Positions 34,100 to 46,446 of a stretch of DNA of 64,000 bases are shown one piece after another. The translations under genes and the position numbers were made by a program. The notes under the pieces are model-generated. The model did no database searches, had not been told where the DNA came from, and worked only from the letters and a program-made list of their open reading frames with translations. Location: positions 4,898,001 through 4,962,000 of the forward strand of contig CP089274.1 in assembly GCA_023920165.1 (NCBI GenBank), read 5' to 3'. This stretch comes from Curvularia clavata. Taxonomy: Eukaryota. Within the stretch, counting starts at the first letter, position 1. Each line of letters opens with the position of its first letter.

Positions 34100-35653
34100 A
34101 TGCTGATTGAGTTCGAAACCAGAAGTCGCTGGAGAATCACGTGAGTGTCCCACATTGTTTCCTTAGAGCGTGCATGTCGGATTGCTGACCACGATTCAGT
34201 ATCTCTTCACCACACCACGGCGTTGCTGAACACTCGGCACAGCCCGGTGCCTGTCCATTCGTTTCTGCTTCGGGAGAGCATAGTTGTTTCTTCTTGACGA
34301 ACCCATCGCCTCGGCGACATCCCAAAGGCACCTTTGAAGATACCTTTCCTCTGCGAAACGAAGAACAGAACCAAAGACGTCGAAACGGGTTGTGGAATTT
34401 CTGCAAACGTTTAATAGGGATCCGCGAGATGCATCCTCCCCGCTACCCTCCCATCGCCCCAGAAAAGCCCATGCCCTCTGATGTGCGTCGTTATGATACC
34501 TCGTACATGGGGGAATTTTCAAATGGCACTATCGCAGAGCTTCCTGTAATGCCAGCAGAGCTAGAGAGCCATCAACAAAAAGGCTCTGACTACCCCTATA
34601 ATACCGGTGATATGGGGGTCGGATACCCATATCATGAACAATTTATGGGTTTGGAGCATACCGTACCACGAACACTGGAATATACGAATACGACAAGGTT
34701 GCCTTTGAGTTTGGACATCCAACAAAGCTTTAGCTCAGTTCCTAGTTTGATGAGTGGTCATCCATCTCACATCTCATCGCCTGTCTCATCTCTCGATACC
34801 AACATCGTTGAGGATCTACAGCTTGGATCTCACGGAGATTTTCGAAGGAAATCCGAGTCATTTATCAACGCCCATTCGCCTTCCCGACAGAGTTGGGCCG
34901 GGACCAATGGGATAGGCATGGGGCTTAACGGCGCTTGGCAAGATGATCGTGCTCTACTTGCAACGATGAATCGTACGCAGGCTTCGTTCGCTTCCGCTGG
35001 TGGATCTCCCTCTTCGAACCCTGCGTTCCGACGCGATAGTCACATAGAACATACTTCATGGCCACACTCTGACGGAGCCCCAATATGTGATGCTGGTAGC
35101 ACTTCGTCGCCCTCAATGCAACGCTCTACTGGATCCGCTCTACCACAATCGCGTGGTCTAGAGAGTATCTTACTTGGTGTTTATGAACAAGAATCCGAAC
35201 ACGTATGGCGACACAGTCCCCTCGATGGCACGGAGAGACAAAATGTCAAGATTACCAATCGTCCGACAATCGGGCTGAGCCCATCGCAGTCTCCTTCGCA
35301 GGCTAGCCAGTTTGATGGTCAGCAACAGTTGGAGACCTACGCTGAACATCATGACCACACATATCCAGAGGTTGTTGAAGAAGTTCAATGCGAATGCAGC
35401 CAATGCGGTAAAATCTTTCATGGAAAGTACGTCGACCTTTTGTATTCCTCATTTTCACGCTCCCACTGACCACGCGTTCAGATACTGCGACACCAATATG
35501 AGGCGACATGTCCGAGTGATTCACAAATGTATCGGTCGAACAAAGTGTAGTATGTGTGAACGGTGGTTCAGAAGGTCAGATGCGGCGCGAAAGCATGAAT
35601 GGGACAGGCACGGGTTGTCTTCCGCGAAGCCCAAGACAAGGGCCAACAGCTAG
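34100..35653 (+). CDS. C2H2 zinc-finger transcription factor, paralog A
   Basis: Proposed exons 34100-34140, 34200-35426, 35482-35653 (introns GTGAGT...GCTGAC...CAG and GTACGT...ACTGAC...CAG). C-terminus CSQCGKIFHGKYCDTNMRRHVRVIH...CSMCERWFRRSDAARKHEWDRH. Start codon is uncertain. Confidence 0.8.
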
Positions 35654-38600
35654 TAGTGCTGGACGCATCAATTGTGATCGGCTACGATGCCCGTGTATCG
35701 CAGCGCAGATCAGGAGCTGGCACCTCTCCTAGCAGGTCGCATGCGGCCCATTTTTTTCTCTTCGGTAATCCTGGCGCTGGTTTCCCTGGTTGGATCGTTT
35801 TTGGAGGACCTGTACATAGTGTATCCGCGTATTCCTGATAATACCAATGTTGGATCTGATGATTCGCTCCAATGTGAAACCGCAACCGTCTTCTGAGTAG
35901 ACCCAGTATGCAAATGAATGCCCTCGCCTTGGCTGCGCTTTCCGGCTTTGCGGCTCTTGCATGCAGACGAGCGTGCTTGTGATGTCATGGGGGCTGTACC
36001 GCAATTGTGGTTCTTGGCAATTCGCGATTACTGCAGGATCACGGCCCCCAAAGTGCAGAAGCGTGACACGGCTTGCAAGCCCAAGCTGCATATGCAAGCA
36101 GTCAAGTATCCACATGTGAGTGTACGCTGCCGCGTCAAATGCACGGCTGCATTCGCTGATGGAATGCCATTGTCCAATTACGCTGTTCGAATTCGAAGCG
36201 GCAACCACGTGGAATGCATAACAAAGGCCAGAAAGGGCGTGTGTTGCATTGGCCGTATCCATGCAAGTTTTGCCACTCACTGTGTGCGTATTGCAGCCCA
36301 CAGCAGATCCTCCAGTCCCTCATGCACGGTCCACAAACCACGTTTTGTGGCAGTGTAGGTTTGACTTCCTTTTCAAGTGAATAAATTGCCACCGTGTGGC
36401 AGGCTCCACCAAGCAGTGTTGGGAAGTTGGTGAGTTGTCAAATGGCCTCAACTGACCAGCCTTGGGCATTTCGGCTTTGTACATCGCAGCTTGGAGCCCT
36501 AAAAGGGAAAGTGGTGGTTGAACCGTGATCTCTGAGCTGTTTCGTCAGGCAATGTGCGAATACAATCCTTCGTGTGTTCCGCATAACTAGCTGCCACTGA
36601 AGAACACGTCAATCGAGAATGGCATCGGTTGCAAAGGTGGATGCGTGAAGCTAGCCGTGCGTCGTGATTCGTTGGCGTAATCGGAGCAGAGGGTGTCTGG
36701 AAGAACATTCCAGAGCATTATGGAGTCCATACATGGCGTGGCTTCAGAGTAAACCACCCAGCTGGCTGCGACCAGATGCTCATTTGTCTTGCTGCGTGAC
36801 CTCCCGAAATTGAAGCTAGTATTCAGCTGCCGCTGGCCTGATGTGCATTTGGTCTCATTAGTTCAGACCATCTTTCTCCCATGCGTCACACTAATTCGTT
36901 CTGATCGTGTCATAGATTCGATTCGATCACACTTGCGTCGTGTAACAGGCTATCGATACAGTCTGTACCGGGCTCGAGGGTTACATCCTGGAATGATATC
37001 GTTAGTGGGTAATCCTTTTCTGAGTCTAGGGAGATGCCAAAGCCTTGTCAGCATGGATATGGTTTTCACTGGACAAAATTAGATTACGTCCCGACTGAAT
37101 GGTCACTGAGAATGTGAAGAGCGGTGAGCCATGAAGTAAGGCTGACGCAAGCGCCGTGTACTGGCGAGGTGGGCGGAAAAGCAACGGGTTTCAACCGGCG
37201 GGCAGATAGTAAACGCTGCAGTAAATGCAGCTCTGCTCACAAAATCTAGGAGTCATTCTGATTGAATGAAACATGAAGAGGGGTGACTGTAGCGAGTATG
37301 AAAAAATATGAACTGATAGAAGTTACAGCAATGACTGAACCTATCGCCCATATGACGGTGGAAGTGTCTGGGTCGTTGGCGTGTGAATACAGAATGTCAG
37401 TTCATGAACCCGCAATTGGCCGCACAACGACAGTTCGGAGATTCTCCATTCTGGAACCAAATCTAGAGTGACTTGTATTAGTGTCAACCCTTTTGCCAGT
37501 GGTCGACATGCTCTCCTTGTTGGACAAGCTGATGGCAGAATATTACAGTTTGGTGATCCGCTAGTTTGTGTCTCTCAGTGTACACAGCCCTGTGCAGTGA
37601 TAAAACTTCGAGTGCAATTGAAGTTGCACGAGACCTTCTGCGTGCTTCCTAGGTGTCGTGGCACGTTTGCCACTCCAGTGCCGGATATTCGTGCCCTGGC
37701 CTTGTGACTTTGCGGAGTGCCGCTGTGGACGCCTGAGCTCATGGCGTTAACGGGGCTGGCTGATCAGTTGTATTGCAATCCTTGCCACTCTAGATTGTAA
37801 TCCACTGTGGAAGACGGCGAAACAGCGCCTTGTTTTCGCTTTGAGTTGGGCATATATGCATTTGACGTTGGCTGCGGAAAGCGTACAGCATGGTTATGTC
37901 GCCTCATACCTTTCTCAGGTGGCGGGAAGACATCCTGCACTACTTCCTTCCCTAAGAGGGTGGTGGCGTATGCGGTCGATGCATGCCGGGATCTTGGTGG
38001 GAGGAGTAGCGGCTCGACCTTCGGTCAACTGTTATGCACACTGGAATGGTTTGCGTTGAAGCGCAAGCGGAAAGGAATGCCGAGGAGAAAATCAAAATGT
38101 TAGGGTATCGCATGCAATTAGCTCGGCTTTGTGTCGAGAATATGCTACTCGAGTATATGTTCTTTGCGGCGGAAGGTAGAAGGATGGTTTTCTCCACGGA
38201 AGAAGACGCCGCTAGCTGCACGAGTGCGGCACGACCAGCCGTCTGGCGATGTCACGGCTGTTTGCAAGCGCTGGATAAGCCCTTCACACAGGCTTCAAAC
38301 TGGCTCTCTTAGAGGTGATCCCGCGGTATACAGCTTTAGGTAGCCTCAGTTTAGTCCCTAGTTGTATACGCCATGTGTAGTGAAGAGCAGCAAGTGCTGG
38401 CAGTATGAAACGTGAGCTTTCCAAGCACCCTTCCAGTCATCCGGTCCTATTGCGGTTTTCATGTATGTGGGTCTCTCTTATTTCAGCTAGACGTGGCCCC
38501 AGAGCGCGCATAGATTTCGCATATTGGTTTCGTGTGGTACAGAGGTGACAGACCGTTGCTGCAAGCCATACAATGTGGGCCCCAAACAGTGCAGAAGGTG

Positions 38601-39768
38601 AGAAGGCGATGAAAAGCCGTTGAATCCCAGAAATCATGGGATTTGCTTCAAGGCGTGTCCCTGGTGAGCGCCCATGGAAGCCACAACTTTCTTCTGTGCA
38701 ACCATCGCACACGTGTCCGTCACCGCTGCCTTTTTTGCCTTTATTGATATGGGAGGCTTTGTCGCAGCCCTTGCTCGTCAGAATGCCTCAGTACCATTGG
38801 ATTACTAGAGATGGGCCGTTCGAGAGCTGGCGAGATGCCTTACCTCACATGCCATACCATCATCGCCCTACACCGACCTTCTGACGTTCTCTTTAACCAC
38901 TCAGGCGGCTTGATTGCGTCTCTTGCACTGATGAACCCGGCGCACCAGCGTAAGGCAACCGTTTGGTGGGCTTGACGTGGCAATGGATGTACTCGAGGGT
39001 GAAGCTCGCTCTTCAAGAACTTGGAGGATGCCTCTCGATGTGTAACAGGTAGGGTCGTCAGCTGCCAACGCAACAGACCGCTTCAGCATACTCTTGGGCT
39101 GCACGTACTCTGTCGTCCTCCAGGCTTGGTCGATAGCGGAAAGTGAGGCTCTTATTCGAGCTACCTTTCGCAATATATTCGCAACTTACGGTCCACTTGC
39201 TGCTGTCTCCGCCCCCCTCATCATCTTAGAAGTACTCTTTTGTGGCTTGCCTTCACAGTTTGATACCGATCGCTCAGTCAACACCCTCCATACACCATAT
39301 CAAGCCAACGAGCTCTTGGCTTGTAAGTTAGGAAGGTAAGCCCTAGGCGAGCGGTGGGTGCTCTGGGTTCTCAGCCGACATCTGCCGTCTCGAGAAGTAC
39401 GTCCAATCATGCCTCCTTTCCCTTGCGCAAGCTCACAAGACACCTGCAGCATCTCTTGTGGACCGCAGCAAGCCGGCCGTTGTAGCGCTCAGACAGCACA
39501 TCCTAACTCATTCGAATTGTCGGCGTCCTTCGATCGAGCAAGCGCTCCCCAGCCAGCCAGGCTAGAAAGTTTTGTCTACAGCGGTCGTTGAGAGGATTAG
39601 GTGAAGATCTGGTTCAATCCTAGGCTGGCAGCTCATTTGCAGATGTCGAAAGATTGCCAACTCTATTCTCTCTTGATAAGACTTCATCTTGTAGGCTGCT
39701 GGCATATCTACCGACACACCCTTTTGCCTGCATAAACACTTCCTGATACGGAAGGAGCGGTTGACGAG

Positions 39769-41010
39769 ATGGCCGAGTCGAGAGACAAATGGTCATCTCA
39801 TAATGAGCCGTTCAATCGCGCCTATAATGGACGCGTTCAGTATTCAGCCCATGCATCTCAACTTGAGACACAACGTATCGATGACAGTGTCGATTTCTCT
39901 TCAACCGGCAGACGGATGGCAGACAGGTATCTGACGTATACCCAGCAAGGCCAGCACGTGGAATTGAAAAGCTATCCGAGCCAACATGTGCCGAGAGAAG
40001 TGGCGAATTACCGTGTAGGGTCCGCCCAAGAGAATGCTGTGTTTGCCATTAGCGAAACCAATCATGCCTGTGGCACAACAGAACACGGATGCCACTTATC
40101 GATGCCAGTTCCTTGGTGCCAGGAAGGGAATTTTCCATACCAGCAGCCGTCACCCTTTTACTCTCGCCAGCAACCAGAAGCAGATATCGGCTCTTCGTCA
40201 CATCACCAAAATCGGAACGGTTCCAACAACAATTTCATCGCAGATCCTTCCGTGGCTGCGAACGATGAGCCATGTTCTACCTACAACACACTCGACGGTA
40301 GCCAGGATACCCACCACCCAAAGCAGACGCAAGTGTGGGCTGAGCAGAACATTTTGGAGGCAACATATTCGATGTTCACCCATGATGATCCGGGCTCGGT
40401 TTATCCAAACCACAATGGTCTTGAAACACCGATATCCAACGTGTTGCCAGAAAATTGTCCGTACTCTTTTCAACCCTCAGCGCCCATGTACCGAATGAAT
40501 ATCCCCACTTCTTCTCGTCGTACGTCTTCCAAGAGCCCCTTGGGCCGCGCTCATGCTCCTGCTTCTAAACTCAGCCCTTCATATAACCGTGAAAACTCTG
40601 CAGGGAGAGTTCCATCGTTGAGCAAGACAGGAGGGCACGGTAACAGTTACCACTCACATCAAGGTCGCCGCTTAGCCCCGCCTATGCAAAGATGCGTGTC
40701 TTCCGCGTCATCACAGAATACCGAAGCAACATCGTCTAGTGCTAGATCTGACCATACTCTAGAGGTCCTGACATGTCCTGTAGCTACTTGCGGGGCGGCC
40801 TTTTCCGGGAAGTTCCAAAAAGGAAATAAAAAAAGACATATGAGAGCAAAACATTCCGGTAACAAACAAATCAAATGCCGTGATTGCAGTAGATCTTTCG
40901 GCCGATCAGATGCTCTTCTAAAGCATTCCAGGAAGCAACATCCCAAAGGCGCAGCTGATATTCTGCCCAAATCGTGTTCGAAAGGAACCAGTCTCAGAGA
41001 CGAATATTGA
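39769..41010 (+). CDS. C2H2 zinc-finger transcription factor, paralog B
   Basis: Uninterrupted 413-aa ORF. S/Q/N/P-rich N-terminus; C-terminal CPVATCGAAFSGKFQKGNKKRHMRAKH...CRDCSRSFGRSDALLKHSRKQH. Confidence 0.85.
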   Translation: MAESRDKWSSHNEPFNRAYNGRVQYSAHASQLETQRIDDSVDFSSTGRRMADRYLTYTQQGQHVELKSYPSQHVPREVANYRVGSAQENAVFAISETNHACGTTEHGCHLSMPVPWCQEGNFPYQQPSPFYSRQQPEADIGSSSHHQNRNGSNNNFIADPSVAANDEPCSTYNTLDGSQDTHHPKQTQVWAEQNILEATYSMFTHDDPGSVYPNHNGLETPISNVLPENCPYSFQPSAPMYRMNIPTSSRRTSSKSPLGRAHAPASKLSPSYNRENSAGRVPSLSKTGGHGNSYHSHQGRRLAPPMQRCVSSASSQNTEATSSSARSDHTLEVLTCPVATCGAAFSGKFQKGNKKRHMRAKHSGNKQIKCRDCSRSFGRSDALLKHSRKQHPKGAADILPKSCSKGTSLRDEY

Positions 41011-44000
41011 GACAACCATAAGTAAAAGTCCTTCACCTAGGTATCTCTTTCGTTATCTAGACATGTGGGCTCGGCCGAAGTGTTCTCTCCGACGCCAGTA
41101 ATACCAAGAGCAAGTATCGGGAGCAGGAAGCGAGATGTTGTGTGTTGACGTGTAAATGCGGTGGTGCAATGGGAGGTTTTCTTCATGTGGTTATGCAGGT
41201 GATGGTTGCGAAGAGGCCATTGTTATGAGGTCGCGAAGGCGAATGCGCCTGGTATGAGATCTTTGGTGTAGTGGTGTTTGCGAAGTTCGTTCTTGGACGA
41301 TAGTAGAGGATCTCTTGCGCAATCTTAGAATAGGTATGAGAAGGTTTTATGTGTAAAACTGCTGATGATGCCGTCACGAATTTCGCTTCCGTAAATGCGG
41401 GAACTCGTTTGCTTGAATACCGAAAGATGTGTAATCGTGGAGGTGAACAAGCGTCCTGATGACGGTACCAGGATCAATGGTCTCTGCAACTTACCACGTA
41501 TCATGAAACGAGAACAGCCAACCTAATCCAACCATCGAGGTGACACTGTTGGTGTGACTAACATGGTGCGGCGATCCCTCCCTATACGACTACTAGGTTG
41601 AGTTTCATCCTAATAGCAAGGCGACCTATCACAACATCGCCACTTGTTCGAAGAGGCGGGCCTGATTGAGTATCCAACTGCCTTTCCAATTTATTTCCAT
41701 CCCTAAGAAAGGAACAATATGGGGGAGTCTAAGGCGGACCGCATCGCACGTGGATCCAGAGCTTGTGTAGTATGCGCTTCGTTTCATGCTTCGAGTTGTT
41801 CGAGGGGATGTGGTTCAGGTCTCAGCGTTCGTACGCGAGCCTTGATGGCTTCTTTCTTCTCTCAGATGAACAGATGTACCAAATTTCCTTTCTTCGCCGT
41901 AGGAAATCCCGATGGCGAAGAGACGGGAGATACAGAATATATAGGAGAGTCGTTGCCTCCGTGCCATGATGGTGCCTGGAGTGGCGTCAGTTCTCATCCA
42001 ACCAGTCGAGTCATATGGACTAGGACGGCTATTTGTATGCTACCTATGCATCCATTGGTCCAGCTTATCGTTCCCTATTTATCTTCATGTCCCTTTGCCT
42101 TGGCCCCTTTTACAACGATTGGATGCTATCATCATAAGACCCTTCAGGGGAAAGTTTCTGGAGATTGCTTTTTCTTGTCATAGGTATATGTCTTGTCATA
42201 CACGTACGTCAAACGCTTTAGAAAAAAATCGCCACATAGCCGGTATAGAAGATCAGTGGCGCTTGGTGAAAGTGAAGTGTTAGGTAACACGAGAGATAAT
42301 TGCTTGTGTTACTTTTTGTTGGGCCCATTCAGATCGAATTCCGTTTGTCTGGGGGCTGATCGCCAGTTTTGCGTGATGCCAGACACTTCTTCACAATTAG
42401 TCATGCTCCGAAATACGAAGAAAAAAGATGAGGCGACTTCACTCGTTGGAATGCTGGGTCTTTCGGCAACGCCACGCGTAGGAGTGGCTGTGCACTAAAA
42501 TTGACACCAACAGTCTATTCGATTCGGTGACTCCGCGAGAACTTGCCACCACTGCCATAAAATTTTCACCCGGGGAATATGCTGATATAAATATCCTTTA
42601 GCTCTCGATGCTACGTCAGTCTCGCCTAATGCGGGTGCCAACGAGAGTGTGCATGCATTAGGTAGCGTGACATGAAACCTAATCTGAACACTTGCATTCT
42701 TTTTATATGGATAGTAATTCGAGCTTTCATGAGACAGCAGGACTGAACTGGTTAAATGACACCCACTCAGTGAACATTGTTTGTTGCGAGCTGCAGATTT
42801 CCATACCTAGTCCTTCTCTTGTGGGCTGGGAGTTTTGGTTCTTGGCACAAAACCCATTAGTATACCAATATTCATACCAATGTATTTGAACTTAACGAAA
42901 CTTGCGTCGCTGCAAAATGCGCATTAACGAGGCACGTTCCGTTGAGCTTCTGGTGTCCATAGCCAGAAGGGCCACACAGCAGCGAGAAATGCTAGCAAAC
43001 ACTGCATGCTCAATCTATTCTTCAAGGATATCGTTTGAACAAGACAAACTGCGCCAGATTCACTCGGCTCATCCCGATAGTCACCAATCTTCGATTGTTA
43101 TACTCGGAGTAATCAATACATGGCTCATGGTACGACGGTTAGGAGCATCGATTCCAATGAGAATATCGCAGCCCAAAAGACGCCCTTTTCCCGTCTTGGA
43201 CAGCGCATCGCTCTCTCTAGAGCTTGAAATGGTGACACGCAGGCACTATATGCAACTAGCCATGATTGTGGCACTTTCGGTAGAATTAAGTCACGTGTTT
43301 CACACATATCAAATCGCTCCTGCCATTCCGCGTCTGCCGCAACGTAAGAAGCGTCAAGTTGTTTCCCTGAACATCGCCCAAGAATGAGAGTGTTGAATGC
43401 TTCGGACATGGTATATAAGAAGCTAATGTTTTCAGCAGCTAGGTACCTATTGGCTTCACTCTTCAAGTGAAGCTTGAAACTCTGCACAAAAGGGCGATTT
43501 GTGCTGAAGCGATTTTTTTACATTTCCTTTAGAGACTCTCAACACATGTTAGTGGATAGACTTTTAGCCCGTAAACTGGCCGCCTGACTCAGGCGGAAAT
43601 GGTCAGGCACCGAGTGGGGATCCAGCCCAACATTGCGAAAAACATGTTTTAGCTTACCATACGAGTCAACTGAAAACAAGGGTACAACAAGTTTTAGGGC
43701 CAACGATTCGTGGAAGGACCTGTGTGACGACTGCTGCACAGCGTGCGCTTAACACGTCAGTACGCCACGGCGGGCATATGTCATCAGACTGCTCAAAAAG
43801 AAATAAAACTAAGAATGCGTCAAGGAAGAACAACACCGAGTACGACTGAATTGCAACAGGTAAGCTTGAAGACTGTAAATTCTTTTTTCCCCCACTGGTT
43901 TCCGGTTGTAATCAACATCTTGGCAAGAAGCGGTGTGACAAAAGCAGGGGTTCACACTTTGGAACATCTGATCAATCTTCACTACAACTTTGCTAATAGT

Positions 44001-44656
44001 TATCGCTACGTACTCAGAATCGGTACTTCTGATACTACTAATGCCATCAGAAGTTTCGAATGCAACAGCAGGTGCACTAGTATTCTTCGCATGCAGTAGC
44101 AGCTCAAAATATGCACTGCATTTACTTAGACAGTCCTTTCTTTGACTCGCTCTGCATACATTCAGAACCGTCTATCATGGATTTTTAGGTATAGATTAAC
44201 AAGATACTTGTTTAACATAGGATTATGCAACGTCAGCGCACGCTACTACATGACGTGATCATTTTAGAGACTGGGATTTGAGTCAAGCCATTGGAGTACC
44301 CTTGGTCTTTGTAGTATATATCAGTGTACCTGAGCAAAGCTTCGAAGAATACTGCGAGGCCAGGACAAGAACATACGAAACTTTATAAATGTGGCAAGCA
44401 GCCTTTTTGGGAACTGTTGCAATGCTAATTCTATGTGGCATTGCTGCAAAGTGCTCACACGAAGCTCTTGCGGTGTCATTGGTCTTTTCATTCTACAGTA
44501 TGATGAAGGGTAACCGATTCTGGTAACTAAGAAAACTAGCAAAATCAAACAATGTCCCAGCACATACAACCACTATACCAAAACTTCAAAAGCGACAAGT
44601 AGTCATAAAAAAGAGCCAAGTTCAAACCCCTCCACCCCCATTCCATGATTTTCTTT

Positions 44657-46446
44657 TCATACCTGTTTGTTGTAGCATAGCTCTAATAGACGCCTGAACC
44701 TAAACCAGTCTTTCTGCACTGTAGTAAACACATGTGTTTTAGGCTCATTACTTCCAGAATCTGTCCCTTCCGATGGAACTTTGGGGGCTCGTATTGAAGC
44801 GTTGTTTTCCCTGTATGACATGACGGAATCTTTCTTCTCTGTGTAGCTGGTATCCATACGCTGAAGATTATCTTGCTCTTGTAAGGCGTACTGAGAGAGC
44901 ACACTGACAAGCTTCTCGACATCTTCATAGGTATTCATAGCTCCAAACGTGATTCTCACCAGGCCGACAGGTATCCCTTCTACAATATCGAGTTCCGTAT
45001 TGCATCGATAACCCTTCTCAAAGGCGTTTCTTAACCATCCAGCATCCAACCCTAGCGCACATGATATGCCAGCAGGATTACATACAGTACCTGTTCGAAC
45101 ATGAATAGCCCTTTTGCGAAGGAATGATCCGACATGCCATGGGCCAATATATGATCCATCGCTCTTGCAAACGTTGAAGGCTAGGGTTGCGCCTTGTGTG
45201 TTCGAATCTTCATAGCTCGAGTCCACTGACTTGTACACGCGGTACACTGGCATACCGTTCAAATGCTTTGAACTAACAAGATGATCATAAAGGCTCTTGG
45301 CTAGCCAGCTAGTGTGTTTAGAAACTTCTTCGAGTCCACCAAACAGCTCATGGTGTGTTTCCATCGCGAGCTTTAAGGCAAGTATACTTCGAAAGGCGAT
45401 AGTTCCATCTTCCAATCGGGAATGCAGGCTCGACTCCTTGCGTGCCACCCAGACATCCCCGATGCATGTTGTCATCTCTGTCGTTCCACCACCAAAATAT
45501 CTCCGGTGATCGAACACGTGGCCGGCATCTTTGCGAACGATCAATGCTCCGAGGTCGGGAAAACCGAAGATCTTGTAGAAAGAGAGCGAGATGAAATCTG
45601 GAGCAAAGAGGTGATTGCTTAGGTCTAGAGGAGTAGTGGATACTAAGGCAGCGACGTCAAGTAGAGTATATGCTTCTGGATGGTTGGTAGAGAGGCGCAG
45701 CTTTCTCGGCCAATCCAATGGAAGCCGTTCGCCATTCATATTCCTGCACGTGGTATCGGTGTCAGTAGAACCAATAAAATGTTTCCTCGTAGAAAGGCTG
45801 CTTACGATTGCGCGGGATAGGCTAATAGCAGTGGCCTTTGTGCATGTCCCTTAGTAAGAAAACTGCCATTTACACTAGCAAACCAATCAGCTACCTCTGC
45901 ATTTGACGATAAGCAGTGGCTGCTGCGCGCTAGTTCTCGAACACCAACCAAGCTTGTATGGCTGTTGCGGTGATACACATAATCAAACCCCCCCTCGTTT
46001 CCAGAAAAGCCTTCGGCAACCAGCTTAATGGCAGCGGTGGCATTTGCTGTGAACACCACATCGAAGTATGCTGGATCTGCGTTGAACATCTTCAAGACTT
46101 CAAGTCGCGTTGAATCCACCATTATGGCGGTAGTACTTGGGTCAGAAGCATCCGAGTGTGGGTTTGCAAGGAGCGTGCGCTGCATCTCATTGGAGAAGGA
46201 TGTGAGCAGTGATTTGGGAGCAAGAGTGGTACCCCCGTGATCAAGATAAGTCAAGCCTGATGGCCGTAAGCACTTTGAATGAAAGGGTAGGTTGGAAACT
46301 GAAACACCTTTAAGCATGGGATATTCACTTTTCCTCATTCGACCGATGCGCTGATTGTACATGGCTCGTCTACGGTCATCGCCCAGATAACCTGCATTGT
46401 GGCTGGCATCTCTAGTTCTTCTAGAAAAGCCTTTGAAGGAGCCCAT
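44657..46446 (-). CDS. Molybdenum cofactor sulfurase-like PLP-dependent enzyme (class V aminotransferase fold) lacking a MOSC domain
   Basis: ATG 46446; introns 46307-46257 (in frame, weak donor) and 45805-45744. EYPMLKGLTYLDHGGTT, LANPHS, VVFTANATAAIKLV, SHTSLVGVRE, YPAQSNMNG, LLDVAA, SFYKIFGFPDLG (PLP Lys), EDGT, RTGTVCNP (catalytic Cys region), RITFGAM. Confidence 0.88.

Noticed and set aside
41719..42183. ORF with RACVVC resembling a Zn2Cys6 start
   Set aside because: Cys spacing (x2, x7, x3) does not fit C-x2-C-x6-C-x5/12-C-x2-C-x6-C, and the basic residues are missing.
41100..44600. Somewhat AT-richer spacer considered as a RIP-degraded transposon
   Set aside because: No LTR or TIR pair and no transposase or RT motifs seen; it is not as extremely TpA-rich as RIP relics. 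A RIP index was not computed.
44600..44645. GTTCAAACCC resembling a tRNA T-loop or B box
   Set aside because: No cloverleaf or A box upstream.
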